Origin: the human T2T-CHM13v2.0 reference genome, Homo sapiens
Length of the DNA stretch: 64,000 bases
Assembly (NCBI RefSeq): GCF_009914755.1
Contig: NC_060936.1
Strand: one strand, 5' to 3'
Part shown: positions 62,327-64,000 of the stretch, in pieces
How positions within the stretch are numbered: the stretch's first letter is position 1
How the letters are laid out: every line of letters begins with the position of its first letter
Position numbers and translations under genes: made by a program
The notes under the pieces: model-generated
What the model saw: only the letters and a program-made list of their open reading frames with translations
Database searches by the model: none
What the model was told of the DNA's origin: nothing

Positions 62327-62707
62327 TGATATGGTTTGGCTCTGCATCCCCACCCAAATCTCATCTCAAATTGTAATCCCCATGTGTCGAGGAAGGACCT
62401 GTAATCCCCATCTGTCAACAGAGGAAGGTGATTGGATCATGGGGGTGGTTTCCCCCATGCTGTTCTCATGATAGTGAGTGAGTTCTCATGAGATCTGATG
62501 CTTTTATAAGGGGCTCTTCCCCCTTTGCTTTCTCTGTCTCTCCTGCCGCCTTGTGAAGAAGGTGCCTGCTTCCCCTTCCATCATGACTGTAAGTTTCTTG
62601 AGGCCTCTCCAGCCATGCAGAACTGTGAGTCAATTAAACGTCTTCCTTTTATAAATTACCCAGTCTCAGGGAAGTTATTTACAGCAGTGTGAAAATGGAT
62701 TAATATA
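62327..62707 (+). mobile_element. THE1D solo LTR
   Basis: tgatatggtttggct start, duplicated tgtaatcccc, perfect 5-bp TSD ccagg. Confidence 0.93.
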
Positions 62708-63204
62708 CCAGGCAACTCCACAGACTCTGGGTATCTTCTTCAAGTGTTTCACAAATACAGTTTCCCAATCTTTACAGAACATGAGACTCCAAAAATAACC
62801 AAATTCTCACTTCCCCTGCTCACACTCCCCCCAAAAAATCTACTCACCACAAACAAAGCAATCTAATCTGATAGTAGAAAAATCAAAATTAATGAACAGA
62901 AAAAAATCTGTTTTGGAGATAAAAACCAGAGAACCACTGGAGAAGATGACATAAACAGTGAAAGATCACAGGATGGCTTTTCATCTTCATAACTCTGCCA
63001 TTAGTAAACAACACACACTAATATTTTGCTTCTATGAAAATCTCCTGTATAAATTTTCAAGGAAAAATTAGTAATATAAAAATACGAAAAATATAAACTT
63101 TTTTTTTTACTTCGAAAGTTTTTAATCTCTTAGACAAGTATAATTACAGCAAGCACTTTTCTACAAGTAACTTTAAGCTAATGGACATATAATGGATAAC
63201 AATA

Positions 63205-63432
63205 AGCATCCTAGAGTCAAGTTACCTGGGTTCAAGTGCCAGCTCTGCCACTTAGGTGCTGTGTGACCTTGAGAAAATCCCTTAACCTTTCCCTGCTCAG
63301 TTTCCTCCTCTATAAAATGTGGATAATAGCAGCTACCTGAGGGAGTTGTTATAATTAAATACATTAACATATAAAGCATTTAAAACAGTGCCTGACACAT
63401 AGCAAAATCTAAATAAGTGGTACTTATTATTA
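63205..63432 (+). mobile_element. MIR
   Basis: gctgtgtgaccttgag, ctcagtttcctcctctataaaat, cagtgcctgacacatag. Confidence 0.88.
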
Positions 63433-63894
63433 CAAATGACCAAAAATTAAGTGACAGTAATTGGTACATCTAATCTCACCTAAATGTCTTTTCATTTAAT
63501 TGATGACTGTTCTCCTCACTAAGGACTTCTTTAATTCTTCCAACAGGTGATAAATTGTTACTAGGTTTAAGAGCCAAAGGATACATATTAAATTTTTTGC
63601 AAGACTCAATAAATATGGTTTTATAGCACTAAACACTTCTAACAAGAGTAGGAAAAAAAACATTTCAGGAAAAACGTTTTGTATTAAGAATAGGAAAGTC
63701 AACAGATTGATACCATTAATACCAATGGACATAATACTTAAGGCCCAAACCACACCATATTCCACTAGCATTTACTAAGTGTCAATTGTGTGACTGGTGT
63801 TTCCAAGATACTGGACATACAAAGAAGACAAGGACTCTATCCTTAAGGGCTCAGGGTGAGTATACAGGCAATACACAATTATGTTATGATGTAA

Positions 63895-64000
63895 ACTATG
63901 GTTTGAATGTGTCCCCCGAAGTTCATGTGTTGGGAACTTAATCCCCAATGCAATAGTGTTGAGAGGTGAGAAATTCAAGAGGTGATTAGGGTATGAAGGC
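63895..64000 (+). mobile_element. MST (MSTB2-like) LTR, runs off the window end
   Basis: ctatggtttgaatgtgtccccc...aacttaatccccaatgcaatagtgttgagaggtg. Confidence 0.85.

Noticed and set aside
62363-62420. Repeated tgtaatcccc unit
   Set aside because: Part of the THE1D consensus, not a local event.
62842-62895. Minus-strand 20-nt or 15-nt microexon-like unit ending GTG/GTGAGT
   Set aside because: The first AG gives a frameshifting 20 nt and there is no other support; within pseudoexon background.

Overview
Primate (most likely human or great ape) nuclear DNA: AT-rich, CpG-depleted and dominated by interspersed repeats. I identified about 20 Alus (FLAM/J/S/Y), L1PB, L1PA16, L1M and HAL1 relics, L2, MIR, CR1/L3, many solo LTRs (MER57, MER93, THE1C/D, MLT1, MLT2, MST), a degenerate LTR16/HERV16-type provirus and DNA-transposon MITEs (MADE1, MER33, MER1B, Charlie-type). 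I recognise no protein-coding exon, RNA gene, CpG island or processed pseudogene. The long ORFs in the track are L1 ORF2 fragments, antisense-Alu frames or chance. The window reads as the interior of a very long intron (tentatively minus strand) or intergenic DNA, and I cannot name the locus. I found no new biological system. The most interesting items are: (1) a TSD-flanked chimeric L1 insertion carrying about 300 bp of non-L1 DNA (37.7-38.6 kb), (2) an intact MADE1 miR-548-type hairpin, (3) an inverted Alu pair only 28 bp apart, (4) a 124-nt pure-purine tract in an Alu linker, and (5) several microexon or recursive-splice-site-like motifs that need RNA data. Subfamily names are by eye, and boundaries of old repeats are approximate.
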